DNA from: Callorhinchus milii
Taxonomy: Eukaryota
Direction of reading: 5' to 3'
Assembly: GCF_018977255.1 (NCBI RefSeq)
Contig: NW_024704743.1
Coordinates: 53,074,001 to 53,138,000 of the forward strand
Length of the DNA stretch: 64,000 nucleotides
Notes under the pieces: generated by a model
Told to the model about the DNA's origin: nothing
Seen by the model: only the letters and a program-made list of their open reading frames with translations
The model's database searches: none
Translations under genes and position numbers: made by a program
In this document: one piece after another, positions 12,721 to 24,129 of the stretch
Layout of the letters: every line of letters starts with the position of its first letter
Numbering within the stretch: the first letter of the stretch is position 1

Positions 12721-15006
12721 GTGATAAGTACATGGCTATGGAGTAGATGATGTGTAGACTTGAAATTCGCATTCAGTGAGCTAATTGTAGAAAGGAGCAG
12801 AGATATGTTTTGAGAATGGAAACTATACGTATATTTAAAGATAGTGTTTAGAGTTGTGAAGGACAACTTCGGGACAGACTCCAGGAAGCTTTTCTTTACA
12901 CAGAGGGTGATGACTGGAACAGATTGGCAGGAAAGGTGGTACAGGCCAGGACAGTAACTCATTTAAAAAGCAGCTTAATGAGCTGATGGGGAGGCTGTAG
13001 GGTGAGTATTCAGGAGGGATGAAATCAGATGTGCTGAACAGCTTTCTTCATCCAGACTAATCTTGTGATCTTTAACATCACTCGAACAGGCAGATGGAGA
13101 CTTGTTCGTCCTGATTATATATCCAAATTAGAACAAAAGAAACTAAAAAATATACAGCAACTCAAAATATTCATCAAATAAAATCATGAATGTAAAGATT
13201 CCCAAGCTTGTATTTTTGTAACAAACCATGTACTAAGTCTAGGCTGACACTTCAGTACAGCGTTGGGGAAGTGCTCACTGATGGAGGTCCTGCCTTTGGT
13301 TGAGACATTTAACCAAGATCCTGCCTATTTGTTCAAGTGGATGTTAAAGAACCCAAGGCACTATTCAAAAGCGAAGGCAGCTTTATTGTTGGCCAAGAAT
13401 CTTCCAGATTAATCAGCCATTCACTTTCTCACTGTTTGTGGGATATTGCTGTGCACAAATTGGCTGTTGCATTTATCTACAAATCCAGTCAATGCACTTA
13501 GCAATGCATTTAGCTTACTGAAAAGCATTTTGAGACATTTCATCATTACCAGCTCTAGATAGAAGATTATTAGTAATAATGAAGTGCTAAAATACTGAAA
13601 AAACAAAAATGCAGGATGGATCAGTAATTCCAGTTTCCACTTTCAGGCAGTGTTGTGTTTATAACCTATTGTCAAAGCACTTCATATGTGTTCAGCTTTA
13701 GTGATTATTCTGTGTAAGTGAAAGAAGTACCACCTACTCACCTAAATGCATACTTCATTTGAAACCATAATGCCCCCAAATGCTTTTCCTTTGGAAGCCT
13801 TTTCCATTTACTGAATAAGAGTACCATTTTTCTTTAAGTCGATAGCTTTTGTAGTTTTTAACAAAGTGTGCACTTTAGCAAGAGGCTGGTGGACTTTATT
13901 CCTGGGCATTCAAACTTTATCTAAACATGTTAGCTTAACCCTTACGAGCCCTCAAATGCTGAGGCTGACTATAATGCTTCGCTGGCTGCTTCTCCTGGAA
14001 AGTGACTTTATTGTTAGCATCATGTTAACCATGTGACTTCTCTAGTAGGAGGCAACTGGTGCTTCCAATCTACACATAGGTTCATGCTAACAACAGAGAG
14101 CAGATGATTTAGACTGAAATCTTTGAACGTTATGTTGAAGTACTGAAGCATATTTTATGAAGAATTCCACATTTAAACTTGGGATAAGCACCCAGATACA
14201 GATTGTGAAAAATCAGTTATAAATGAAAGAAGTCTATAATGGAACATGGTCATAGAAATTACAGAATACAAGAAGGCCGTTTGACCAATTGAGCCCAAGC
14301 TGGTGCTACAACAACAACTTACAAATAGAATGAATGATCAAAACATTTTACAAAGGCAATGCAGGTCATTGAATAGGGAAAATAGGAGAAGAAATTGAGG
14401 GCTTTGACTGAAGGCATGATCATTGGGTTACATTTTTCAGAGGTTTTTGAAGGCAGGGAGAGAAGGAACCAGGTGAAGGGATTTTGATGGAGTCCCAAAG
14501 AATGGAGTACTGTATAGTGGCTTAGAGCTCGGCAAACAAAGGTGGGACCGAGGGAGTGAGGAATCAGATTGGAAGAACAGAAGATATGGTAAGAGAATAG
14601 GACTGGAACAACTGGTGAGGCACAGAGGAGTGAGTCATAAAATATGTGAAGGTCAGAATAAGAATCTCCATCTGAAGAAGTACTGGGAGAATAACAATGA
14701 TGGGAGTGATAGGTATTTGAAGGCTTGTGCTAGAAAGCACAAAGCTGCTAGCTGATCCAATGGAGTAAGTAACCTAATCCCAATTCCCTGCTTACTCTCC
14801 ATATTCTTTTAAATTCTTCCTCTTCAAATGTTTATCCATTACTTGCACAGTGCAAGATTATTCAGCTGAAGCCCTGAAAGCATTATACGTCATTCATCAG
14901 AGGAAACCTTGATAAAGCAATGGTTTATCAGCTTCAGTTTTACATCATGTTCTTGGATACGTTTAGACAGGCTTCCCTTTAGACCGCATTGTTTTTGTAA
15001 CTGAAT

Positions 15007-15301
15007 TTTAATAGCACAAAACAATTTCTACCATACAAATAATAATAATAATTTCTTTTTCACTTTCATAATGTGTATTACATATTGAGTGCACATGTCA
15101 TTGATTTAAATAAACTTTATATACAGTATGATGCAGGAAAAAAAACTTTCTACAGATTTTTCAGTGATGGCTGCATGCATTGGCTGTCTTTGGGCAGTTA
15201 ATAGAATGAGATGCCTTGAAAACAGTCAGAATGTCTCATTTTATAGCAATGGAATGTTGACTGCAAAATGTGGGATACATTAAAGAAAGTCTGAGTTCTC
15301 A
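15007..15301 (-). other. npy: npy 3'UTR with candidate polyadenylation signals
   Basis: Follows the stop and contains CCAATGCATGCAGCCA (15183-15168). Candidate non-canonical signals are TATAAA (~15121-15116) and ATTAAA (15012-15007). The 3' end is uncertain. Confidence 0.6.
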
Positions 15302-15326
15302 TCACCATACGGAAAGATCTTCGTAC
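15302..15326 (-). CDS. npy: npy exon 4 coding part (CPON C-terminus [12 protein letters not shown])
   Basis: Minus strand reads ttctgcttatttatAG|G TAC GAA GAT CTT TCC GTA TGG TGA TGA. It ends in the Trp typical of NPY precursors and is followed by an NPY-like 3'UTR. Confidence 0.92.
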
Positions 15327-18300
15327 CTATAAATAAGCAGAAAGTACAGTATATTACAAATTTGATATTTCTTATGCTGAGAAAAATAATGTTTTTCAAT
15401 GTGTTTTAATTTTTTTATGTATTCACAGAGAGGGGGCGCACAAGAGTGCAGATGTTATGCAAGTGTGAACAATCAGTATGTAAGTGCCACAGTATAAGTG
15501 AGTCAGTATGTAAGTGCCACAGTAAATAATGGTTACAGAATGGTTACAAAGTCTGAATTAGCTGTACATCAGCAGTCAGTGTGGGTGGCTGAAATGACTC
15601 CGAGCTGAGAGCATATTTGGTGAGTTATTTATCCCCCCACTTTAATGAATTAAAAAGTATAAGTGCTAATATTTTTTGTGAAATGTTTTGCGAAATTATG
15701 ATACATAATATTCATTAAGCTCCAGAATCTCAATTCTAGCATCACGGGCTGACTACATGTCCACATTAAATTGATGGTCAGTCTGGTTAGCAGACTGACT
15801 AAAGGGTGAATAGATTTTAGTAAAGCAAACTTGTTTGTGTAGTTACAGTTTAAGACTTGATTAACAATGCAACTTTCAGAAGCAGAACTCTTCAGTTACA
15901 TTTTAAACGATTCATTTACATTTTAAAAAATGAGAATTATTCGTTGAATAATTAAATATTAATATTTATTATTGTTTCAATACAGCCCATTTTCATTAAA
16001 AATCTCAATAGTTATATACTATCTCTAGTCATCAAACTATAGCTACTGACTTATCATATTACACATGATGCCAGGTTAAGAACATAAAAAAGATTAAGAA
16101 TAAGACTGTCCACCGAGACTATCCAATTCCCTTTCGGGTCAGGCCCATGTTCAGATAATGCATAAATAATAAAGCTCCATTTCTGAAAATAAGGACCCAT
16201 TTAAAATATGATACATTCAGGCACATAAGGGACATTTATGTAAAATAAAGCAGCAGCTTCTAGAATTTCTGGTGCCCTTATTATTGCTATATTGAATTTT
16301 GCTTCCCGACACTTAGAGCAGGAATGTATAAATAATGGAGCTGGGTTCAAATCAATACCTCCAGCTTTTCAAACACAAATCTTTGACAGTCTTAATTTCA
16401 GTCTTGAATTTTCGGGTGCATTACATTCACTCTCACACTCATAGACATTTGGAAGGCAGCATATAGTGTGTCTCCACTGAGCATTACATTGTGCTTAAAG
16501 AATGTACTGTTAGATTCTTGTGTGACACATGAAAAGGTTGTGAACTTTAGAAAGACCCTCTCATAAACTCTCTTAGCTGAGTGGAACCCACCAACGTCTA
16601 AATACACTCCTTGTCTTCAACTGAGCTGATGAAATAAATCCATGTGGTGGAATCTATTTGGTTCCATGCTTGGATCCTTGCCCACCCATAACTTCCAAAT
16701 GGCATATCTATTCTCCCAACTATGGTGCTTTTACCTGTACATTTCTGCAGTATTATGAAAAAGCTGTCTTGACAGAAAGCCATTTAATATGTATATTCAC
16801 CTGGATTTAGGAATGCTTTCTGAATTTTCTCTCAACAGCAGATCAGTGATCAGTGCCTCGGGGCTGGATCTTTTTCCATACCTGTCACAGACAAACATAT
16901 GGCATTAATGCATTTATAATCCAACCAGAATGGTTCAGGAGATTAGCTCAGCCCAATTCAGCAGCAGATAACTTCAGCAGTATGTTCATAGATTCAGAAT
17001 GTGAATGCACATAACAAACGAGTTCACATTGTGGTTTAATTCTGAATTTGATTTGCATACAAATATAGAATTTATATTTTTCTTTGTCTACAACTTCATT
17101 AAATTGGTAAAATATAGGATATGTAGTTCACTTAAATGATGTGGATAATATCCGATTCATTATGAAAAATGCACATTGGTTGAACTCGTTATTTTAAGAA
17201 AATATTAAAGATTAAAGAGACAACATTGTCCTCGTTTTCATCCATCAGTTGTCTGCCCCAAGCCTTGTTTTCTTATTTTATTAAGAGGATCACAAACAAA
17301 TAACAAAAAAGTTACATGGCTTTATGTCATAAAATAGGACTAACCAGAGCAAATTGTCTCAATGGGCAATAAAAACTGGTTTTAGCAATAGCAATAATGT
17401 ACTCCTGGCGGCATGAGAAGTCTATATTGCCCTTCCAGCCTTTGTGATACTGTTACCTTGGGATAGTGACAGAGAAGCGATGTTTGAGCTGCAGGTTTGT
17501 TGGACATATTCCATATTTTGTTTTCATTTCACCTCCAGCATGTGGTCTTAAATGAGAATCATGGATGGTTTAAACAAATTTTACATCATCTGAATGTGTT
17601 GCATTTCTGTCTCAGATAAATAACTATGGAAATCTGCATACTATAAAAGCAGCCATGTGGACTGCTTGATCAGTTGTGCTCCAATGCGGATCTAAAACAA
17701 ATAGTCATTGCTTTAAGGAACTTTGTTTCTCTCGCTATGAAAAGTTGCAAAATTTCTCATTGTACAATTCGTTGTGCAATTGTGCAACATATTGTGTGTT
17801 AACTCGGGATAACATGGCCCCAATATGGTCTGTGTAGTTTGTCTTGTTAGACTGTGACCAAGGTAAGATTATACACAGGTGGTGCACACCCCATTCTAGT
17901 TGTCCAGTTGCAATTTGCTGTGGGAAATGCAAGATGTGGAAGGCTGAGCTCTACAACAGACATTCTGCATAAGGAGATACTAAAATGGGGTTGTCATGTT
18001 GACATTATTAGCTTTTTTAAAGCAAAAATGTTACAATACTTTTTTTAATTAATAAACTGAGTGATGAGGAGCTGAAATCCTTTTGTAAATCTCTAACAGC
18101 GGTGACCCAACTATTATTATTTGCTCCAAGATGCTACCCGGTTCAAGTGAATTACTGAGCTCAAAATTTACATTGATAATTACCAAGCACTCCCATTTGC
18201 TTCCCTGCATGAAGGGCACTGTATAAATACTATATATGTACATATATATAGACATCTCAAAGTGTTTCACAGAATATACTGTAAAGTGAATTGACTGTAG

Positions 18301-21300
18301 ATTTTACTGCCCTATATTTTCCGAATAAGGTCTGGACCATCAATGTTTCATTGGAAAATCCGAACCTTGATATGATCAGTACTCGGTGGGGATCATTTTA
18401 CCTTAATGCTGGGATTAGTGTACTGGGGTGGGTGTGGTTAATTTTTCTAGCAGATGTAGATATTTTCCTGCCACTGGAGGGTGGTGTGTGCTAAAAAAAT
18501 TCTGCCACAGTTTGCTACTGTGCAACAAGAGCTCTGAGGGACATAGTGACTGAATGAACCACAGCGACAACAACATTAAACTATCTCAGTGTGGCTAGTG
18601 GCGTTGCCACAAAGAAGCTGAAATAAGACACAGAGTCTTGATCACATTTTCCGGCCACTATCTACATCGTGTAGCTCCAGATTGTAATGCAACCGTGTTT
18701 TAAACAGGCTGTTGTCAGTGGTGATCAAGCATTTCTTAATTTGGATGTGTTTTGTTACCTTGTGTGTATAACACAGAATATAATAATAATAATCCTTGCA
18801 TTTGGCATAGCGCTTTTCAAGTCTTCTAGACGTCTCAAAGCGCTTCACAGAATAGACTGTAAAGTGAGTTGACTGCATATTTGTGATCGAAATGCGGCAG
18901 CCAATTGTGCACAGCAGTGTCCCACAAACAGTCGTGGATTGAAATGACCAATTTATTATTGTATTTTTGAGGGATTATTATCAAGCATGTGGAGCAAGGA
19001 AACTTGCCCAAGTTTCACCCTGCCGGGAATCAAACCCAGGTCTCTCGCCTGCAAAGCAAGTGCTCTAACTGCTGAGCTACAGGACTCCACAAAATATATT
19101 GCAGAACAATGTTGAGGTGGTGGAGGGTGGAGAGAGAAAAGAGGTCAGATTACTTTGCTGGAGACACACACGCTTTTCCTGAGCACTGTGAAGTACCATT
19201 CATTGTAGGTTTGAAAGAAAGTTTCAAAGGTGAGATTTAAATTTCAGGCACAGTCTGTCGTTCATTCAGTCGGGCAGTCAGGCTCAATTAGGATCATTTA
19301 CTACAGTGGGTCAATGGGCCAGATGGAGATGCAAAAAAAATATAGATTGTTAAAGTAGTTTGCGAAAATGCATGAAGAATGTGAGACTATAGACTATGGC
19401 AATATTACTAGTCACCCTTTTTCACTGCTCAATCCCCCTGGGGAAGCTAAAGTCTTGGGGATGGTTTTCAGCCTCCAGCCGATTTGTCAGCTCAGACAAG
19501 ATGTAGCGAGTCATCCAATCCTCCTGTTATCACCAGAACTGAGTGATTAACTCTGTCCAGACTACTCTCTTCTCTCCCTTAAAGCAGATGTTTTACATCA
19601 AATGTAAAATTGAATCGTGTTCCACTGGTGCGACCTCTGTGTTGTTTTACTGATGGAGTTAGCGGGGCTTAGGATCTGCACTAAACATGTCTTAATGCCT
19701 CATGCTTTAGTATTGAATCAGACAAACTGAGATTCTTATCACATTATTGGTGAAATATCATTGTGTGTTAACTCTGGGTAACGTGGCCCCAATGCGATTA
19801 ATTTCATCTGGTCCATTAGCTGCACAATGTGTAACAGGACAACACTGATGGCTGGGAGCCAATCAGGAAATATTCTTTGTTGCAAAATGATTACAATCAC
19901 CTAAAGTGAATTACTGAGCCCCAAACGTACATCGAGAATTACCAAATGGTTCCCTATCTGTCAATTAATGTGGGCAAGTACTGCCTCATAAGAACAAACG
20001 CCTCAATCTCTCACGAACTTCTCCCGTGTTCTGGACCACAAATCTCCTGACAAGTTGGTCATTCACCTCATGACTGTTCGCAGGGTTTTGCTTCCAAGAA
20101 ATGACTAACTTATTTGTCTAAAGAAAAAAAACATTCACTAAGATGGAGCTTATTACCTGGGAGAAACTTCCGTCTCTTTTTGAATAGTGTCGTGGAATCT
20201 TTAACATCCACTTGAACAGACAGAGTGTTTTACGATCTTTAAATTTGATCAAGTGCAATAAAAAAACACAAGTCCTTTGTGGAGGAAGTTATTAGATGTC
20301 AGCATGGCTCAGTTGGTAGCACTCTCACCTGAGTCAGAGGCTGTGCATTCAAGCCCTACTTCAAGAGTTTGAACTCACACTCCGATGCAGTGTTGGGGGA
20401 GTGTTGCATTGGTAGAGGTGCCTTCCTTTGGATGAGCTGTTAAACTGAGGTCCTGTCTGTCTGTTCATGTGGATGTTAAAGATTCCACGACACTATTCCA
20501 AAAGGGACAGGAGTTTCTCCCAGTGTCCTGGTCAACAATCTCTCAGATAAAATTTATTATTCACTTCATGGCTATTTGTGGGACTTAAGGCGCTTATATA
20601 ACATACAAGGATTATTATTATTATTGTGCACAAATTGGCTGCCACATTTGCCTACACAACAAAATCCTGTGAAGCACTTTGCGATGCCTCGATGACACAA
20701 TAAGGTGCTTATATCAAATGATTATTAATCAGCTGGCAATTTTCACTGAGCTTTCCATTCAAAACACGCCTCTAAATGTTGTTTACAACGCCCAATGTTT
20801 GGCTCTATCTTTATTGGAGGAATCACATTTTTGCAAGGTATGTACTCAGAAACTTTCCCATCTTTGAGCGTGCTTACTTATCCTGTAAAAATCTATTTCC
20901 TTTGGAACATCTCTCTTCATACATTCCAGACAATTGGACCCAAATATTGTGTGTGTGTGGGGGGTGGGGGGGAGAAGTGGGGGGGAGGAGGAGTGGAGGG
21001 GGGAGATAAGCAAGCTCTTCTCGAATCTGAACCAGTGCCAAGGTGAAATGCTTGACAACAAAATACTCGAATCAAGTCAACCCTCTGTGGTGGCATCCAC
21101 AGTCTGATTCTTGAGGCAGGTGGGTCCATCATAATTCAAGGCACGGCTGATGGCTCTCCAGAATTAGGTAAGCAGGGTGTTCTCCCCAGATAAAGAGTTA
21201 CCCATTCCATCCAGACACAGGGAATTTTTTATGCATTCAAGGCATGCACATGTTGAATTCTCAGTCTGGTTTGCATACTCTTAAGAATGGTGATGGAATT

Positions 21301-22636
21301 CCACATGTGTCAAGTCTCCCACTGACCAAGTAAAAAGTGCTCCCTTATGTTTTTATTTTACTCAAGTATGATCAGGCTTTGGTGTGCTCTCACATACACA
21401 GCACATTTTTACAACATAAATTTGCGATGTTCAGCTTTAAACGCACAAGTACATATTTTATTCTATACTCTATGGTGTTATGACAATACAGTATTTTGTT
21501 ATAAATATTAATTAAAGATTAGGATTAGTCCTTTCCACTGTGTTTAGTTATTACCTAGTTTTGAAGTGGTGGGCTCAGCAACTGAAATGTTATTCTGCAA
21601 ATTGGGAATAAGCGATAAATAGTAAAGTTTTTGCATGTGGACAGGTGGATGAACAATATCTCCTAAACCGGGAAATGTGCCTGCTATCTTGGACTGATCT
21701 GATACCTGCAATAATCTCTCATTGTCAAATGCCATACATCAATGAATGGAAAATGACACGAAATGCCACTGAGATTGTCTGAGGTTAGGAACAACCTGGA
21801 CATTAGATTATGTTTTTCAATGCACCTATGTCAGAAGCTATTAGCAGTTAGTTTGCTCAGTACATTATTAAATAGTAATAATCCTTACAACTGATAATAA
21901 TGCCTTATCACGTTGTTGAAATGTCTCAAATAGCCTCACAGGATTTACTGTACAGTGACCATGTACTGGTAGTTGGAATTGGCAAACAATTTTCACATGT
22001 AATGCCCTACATCCAGCCAGAAAGAAATGAGCAATTTTAAGGGCGTTGTTGGCTGGCAAACAACTTTCAGGAGAAGCAACTTTCTCTTCTTGAATCGTGC
22101 AATTCTTTTTTTTAAAAAACTCACCTGAACAGGCAGCTTGGACCTCAGTTAAAGTCTCAATGGAAGGCCAACATCTCCGAAATTACAATGCATACATTAT
22201 GTCTTTCAAATACCTAGAGATCCGTTTTAACAAATACACTGACGAACCTCTCAATTTTCCTTCTATTGTCTAACAGCAAAAGTTGCACATTAGTTCTAAA
22301 TGTCGGGGCTCCCTCTGCCTGACCCCCCCACCTCCCCCCTATCTGGACTCATCTCGAAAGACAAGAAGCTCAGGGAAAACCTCGTTGTCTCTGGACTCGA
22401 CTCAAATGAGCGAAGTTGAGAAGGAATGATGTTCATGTTAAGTCTCACCTTTGTCTTGTGATGAGGTTTATGTAATGTCTCAAGGCTGAGTAGTATTTGG
22501 CCAGGTCCTCTGCAGGAGCGCCCTCCCCGGGGTTGTCAGGCTTGGAGGGGTAAGCATCAGCCAAAGTTCCTATGCAGATCAGCATGCAAAAAGCAAACGT
22601 GAGCACTCCCAGCCATAGCTTCATGTTGCCCTGCAT
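15302..22636 (-). CDS. npy: Neuropeptide Y precursor (prepro-NPY), spliced CDS join(22636-22449, 16881-16801, 15326-15302), 97 aa
   Basis: The splice gives 188+81+25=294 nt: [97 protein letters not shown]. This has a signal peptide, a 36-aa PP-fold peptide, a GKR amidation/cleavage site and a CPON. Ala14 of the mature peptide indicates NPY rather than PYY (Pro14). Confidence 0.97.
15473..15524. repeat. 22-bp perfect direct repeat (period 30) in npy intron 3
   Basis: tcagtatgtaagtgccacagta occurs at 15473-15494 and 15503-15524. Confidence 0.9.
16801..16881 (-). CDS. npy: npy exon 3 (Tyr36, GKR, most of CPON)
   Basis: Minus strand reads tgtgacAG|G TAT GGA AAA AGA TCC AGC CCC GAG ... CCT AAA TCC AG|GTGAAT. 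It is 81 bp, phase 2 at both ends, and encodes (R)[26 protein letters not shown](R). The ORF track misses it. Confidence 0.96.
18778..19088 (-). mobile_element. Young tRNA-derived SINE (short variant) in npy intron 2
   Basis: Head, Deu-like body and (TAT)n tail present; lacks the internal block of the long variant. Confidence 0.9.
20297..20730 (+). mobile_element. Older DeuSINE in npy intron 2
   Basis: Head tgtcagcatggctcagttggtagcactctcacctgagtcag; Deu core gtggatgttaaagattccacgacactatt..ctcccagtgtcctggtcaac..tgtgcacaaattggctgcc. Confidence 0.8.
22449..22636 (-). CDS. npy: npy exon 2 (signal peptide and most of mature NPY)
   Basis: The acceptor ...cccttccAG is followed immediately by ATG (22636-22634). 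The exon ends AGA CAA AG|GTGAGA (phase 2) and is 188 bp. Confidence 0.97.
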
Positions 22637-22712
22637 CTGGAAGGGAACAAGAGGGGTCTTAGTTATAAAATCAATACTTCCAATGCATTCCATCTGAAAA
22701 AAAAGTGCCGCT

Positions 22713-22829
22713 TTAATAATAATAATAATAATCCTTGCATTTGATATAGCGCTTTTCACATCGGGAGGATGTCCCAAAGCGCTTCACAGAACACACTGTA
22801 AAGTGAATTGACTGTATATTTGTGGGCGT
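22713..22829 (-). mobile_element. 5'-truncated SINE 3' end in npy intron 1
   Basis: Reads gcccacaaatatacagtcaattcacttt..gcgctatatcaaatgcaaggat(TAT)n and ends about 76 bp upstream of the exon 2 acceptor. Confidence 0.85.
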
Positions 22830-23654
22830 TAAGTTCATTTAATTACTCCCCGAACAGCCTACACTTTACCAGGAGAAGCTTTTTCTGTTGAAGCTTCAGC
22901 ATCTGCTTAGTAAATTGCCAGGTAACGTCGAGTGGAACACTCATTTCAGTTTATAAAGCCATGAGGGCTGTTGCCATCTACATCCAGAAGTGGCATAAAG
23001 CGAGGATCGTAAATAGATTCCCAAAACCTACATTTCATTACTGGGAATGTTGGCTTCGGCTCTGAGATCTTGTTGAGCAGTACATCTAAACGGCATCGCT
23101 TTACAGAGAAACAAATGCACTCAGAGCTCAAACGCCGCCTTTGGACGTTTCTAATTGTGGGGCAAAGAATGAAAACGCACAGTGATAATTCACAGCAGTC
23201 CCCAAAACATGATAGAAAAGGCAAATTCACAATCTGTCGCTGGAATGCATTATCCCTTATGTCCCGACACGTCAAAGCTGTTATCACAAATGACCTCCTA
23301 TGTAACACGTACCCCCCAAACGTTTCACACCTATTGTTATTCGGATCGGTTATCCTTTTAAGTACAGTGTAACCCTTCCACCCCGGGATCAGGCTCTCTA
23401 TCAAATGCAAAGAGTATCATCGATTATTATTTAAGCAAATATTCCACTTAAACAGCACACGAGGCTTTGCATTTGAAACATGCGCTACAATCGCCTAAAC
23501 CCAGACGAGTGTCTGTCTCCCCATTGACTGTCCCGACATGAGCACCACCTGAGGACATGCAATGCAACTTCCACGTAAAACATGAGACAGTGGTGGCAAT
23601 AAACTGAACTCCTCAGTGGTTTAAACGGGGGTCCGGGAGAATGGATGTACTCAC

Positions 23655-23781
23655 TTTCGGGTCTGGGAGGACGGTTGGTGGTTTGGTGACTGGTCTCCCC
23701 GGTCTGTGTGTCTGCTGTGTGTCTGTCTGTCTGTCTGTCTGGCTGGTGTGGCTGTCTGGCTGGTGTGGCTGTCTTTTCTCT
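23655..23781 (-). other. npy: npy exon 1 (non-coding 5'UTR)
   Basis: A strong donor ...CCGAAA|GTGAGTAC lies at 23654. Splicing to exon 2 places A at -3 of the ATG. The start is inferred at an Inr-like ctcA about 31 nt downstream of the CATAAAA box, so the TSS is approximate. Confidence 0.8.
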
Positions 23782-23805
23782 GAGACGCTGCTGCCATGCC
23801 GTGGG

Positions 23806-23960
23806 TTTTATGTGCTTCCCCGGGGGGCAGTGAGGAGAGGAGAGGAGGAGGAGGAGGAGGAGGAGGAGGAGGGAGGCTCCTGGTTACGCTTCATTGACCG
23901 GAATGTCTTATCGCATTCCTGCAACAGCACAACCACGTCAGCAGCTCCGCCCGTCACTCA
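23806..23960 (-). promoter_or_regulatory. npy proximal promoter
   Basis: Contains a TATA-like CATAAAA (23812-23806) preceded by GGAAGC, a (CCT)n/CT-rich tract (~23833-23876), a CAAT-like GGTCAATG (~23892-23899), a CRE-like TGACGTGG (23940-23933), a GC box GGGCGG (23952-23947) and a TGACG half-site. The region is locally CpG-rich. Confidence 0.8.
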
Positions 23961-24107
23961 CTCACCGCCTGGAGATACGTGACTGATAACAGCCGTCGCT
24001 TCAGTCCAACTCCGACTCAACTTTCTGACACATCTCTGCTGCAATTCTCGCTTCCCTTTTAACTAACGTCCCACGGGAAATCTTGCAAAAGGCAACGTCT
24101 TTTTTTT

Positions 24108-24129
24108 TGTGTGTGTGTGTGTGTGTGTG
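24108..24129. repeat. (TG)n microsatellite
   Basis: Seen directly. Confidence 0.9.

Noticed and set aside
20955..21005. G-rich tract in intron 2 (and the C-rich tract at 8463-8555) as functional G-quadruplexes
   Set aside because: Low-complexity runs that are common in such genomes; no independent support.
22637..22777. N-terminal extension of the NPY ORF in the ORF track ([19 protein letters not shown]...)
   Set aside because: It is intron 1 sequence including a SINE tail. The real ATG follows a canonical acceptor and starts a normal signal peptide.
23538..23562. Possible REST/NRSE half-sites in intron 1 (TGAGCACC-n6-GGACAT), and GTCAGCACCAGGAAAAG at ~56953
   Set aside because: Both have mismatches in core positions and are too weak to call.
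23641..23982. 113-aa ORF with poly-Glu on the plus strand
   Set aside because: It is an antisense reading of npy exon 1 and the promoter microsatellites.
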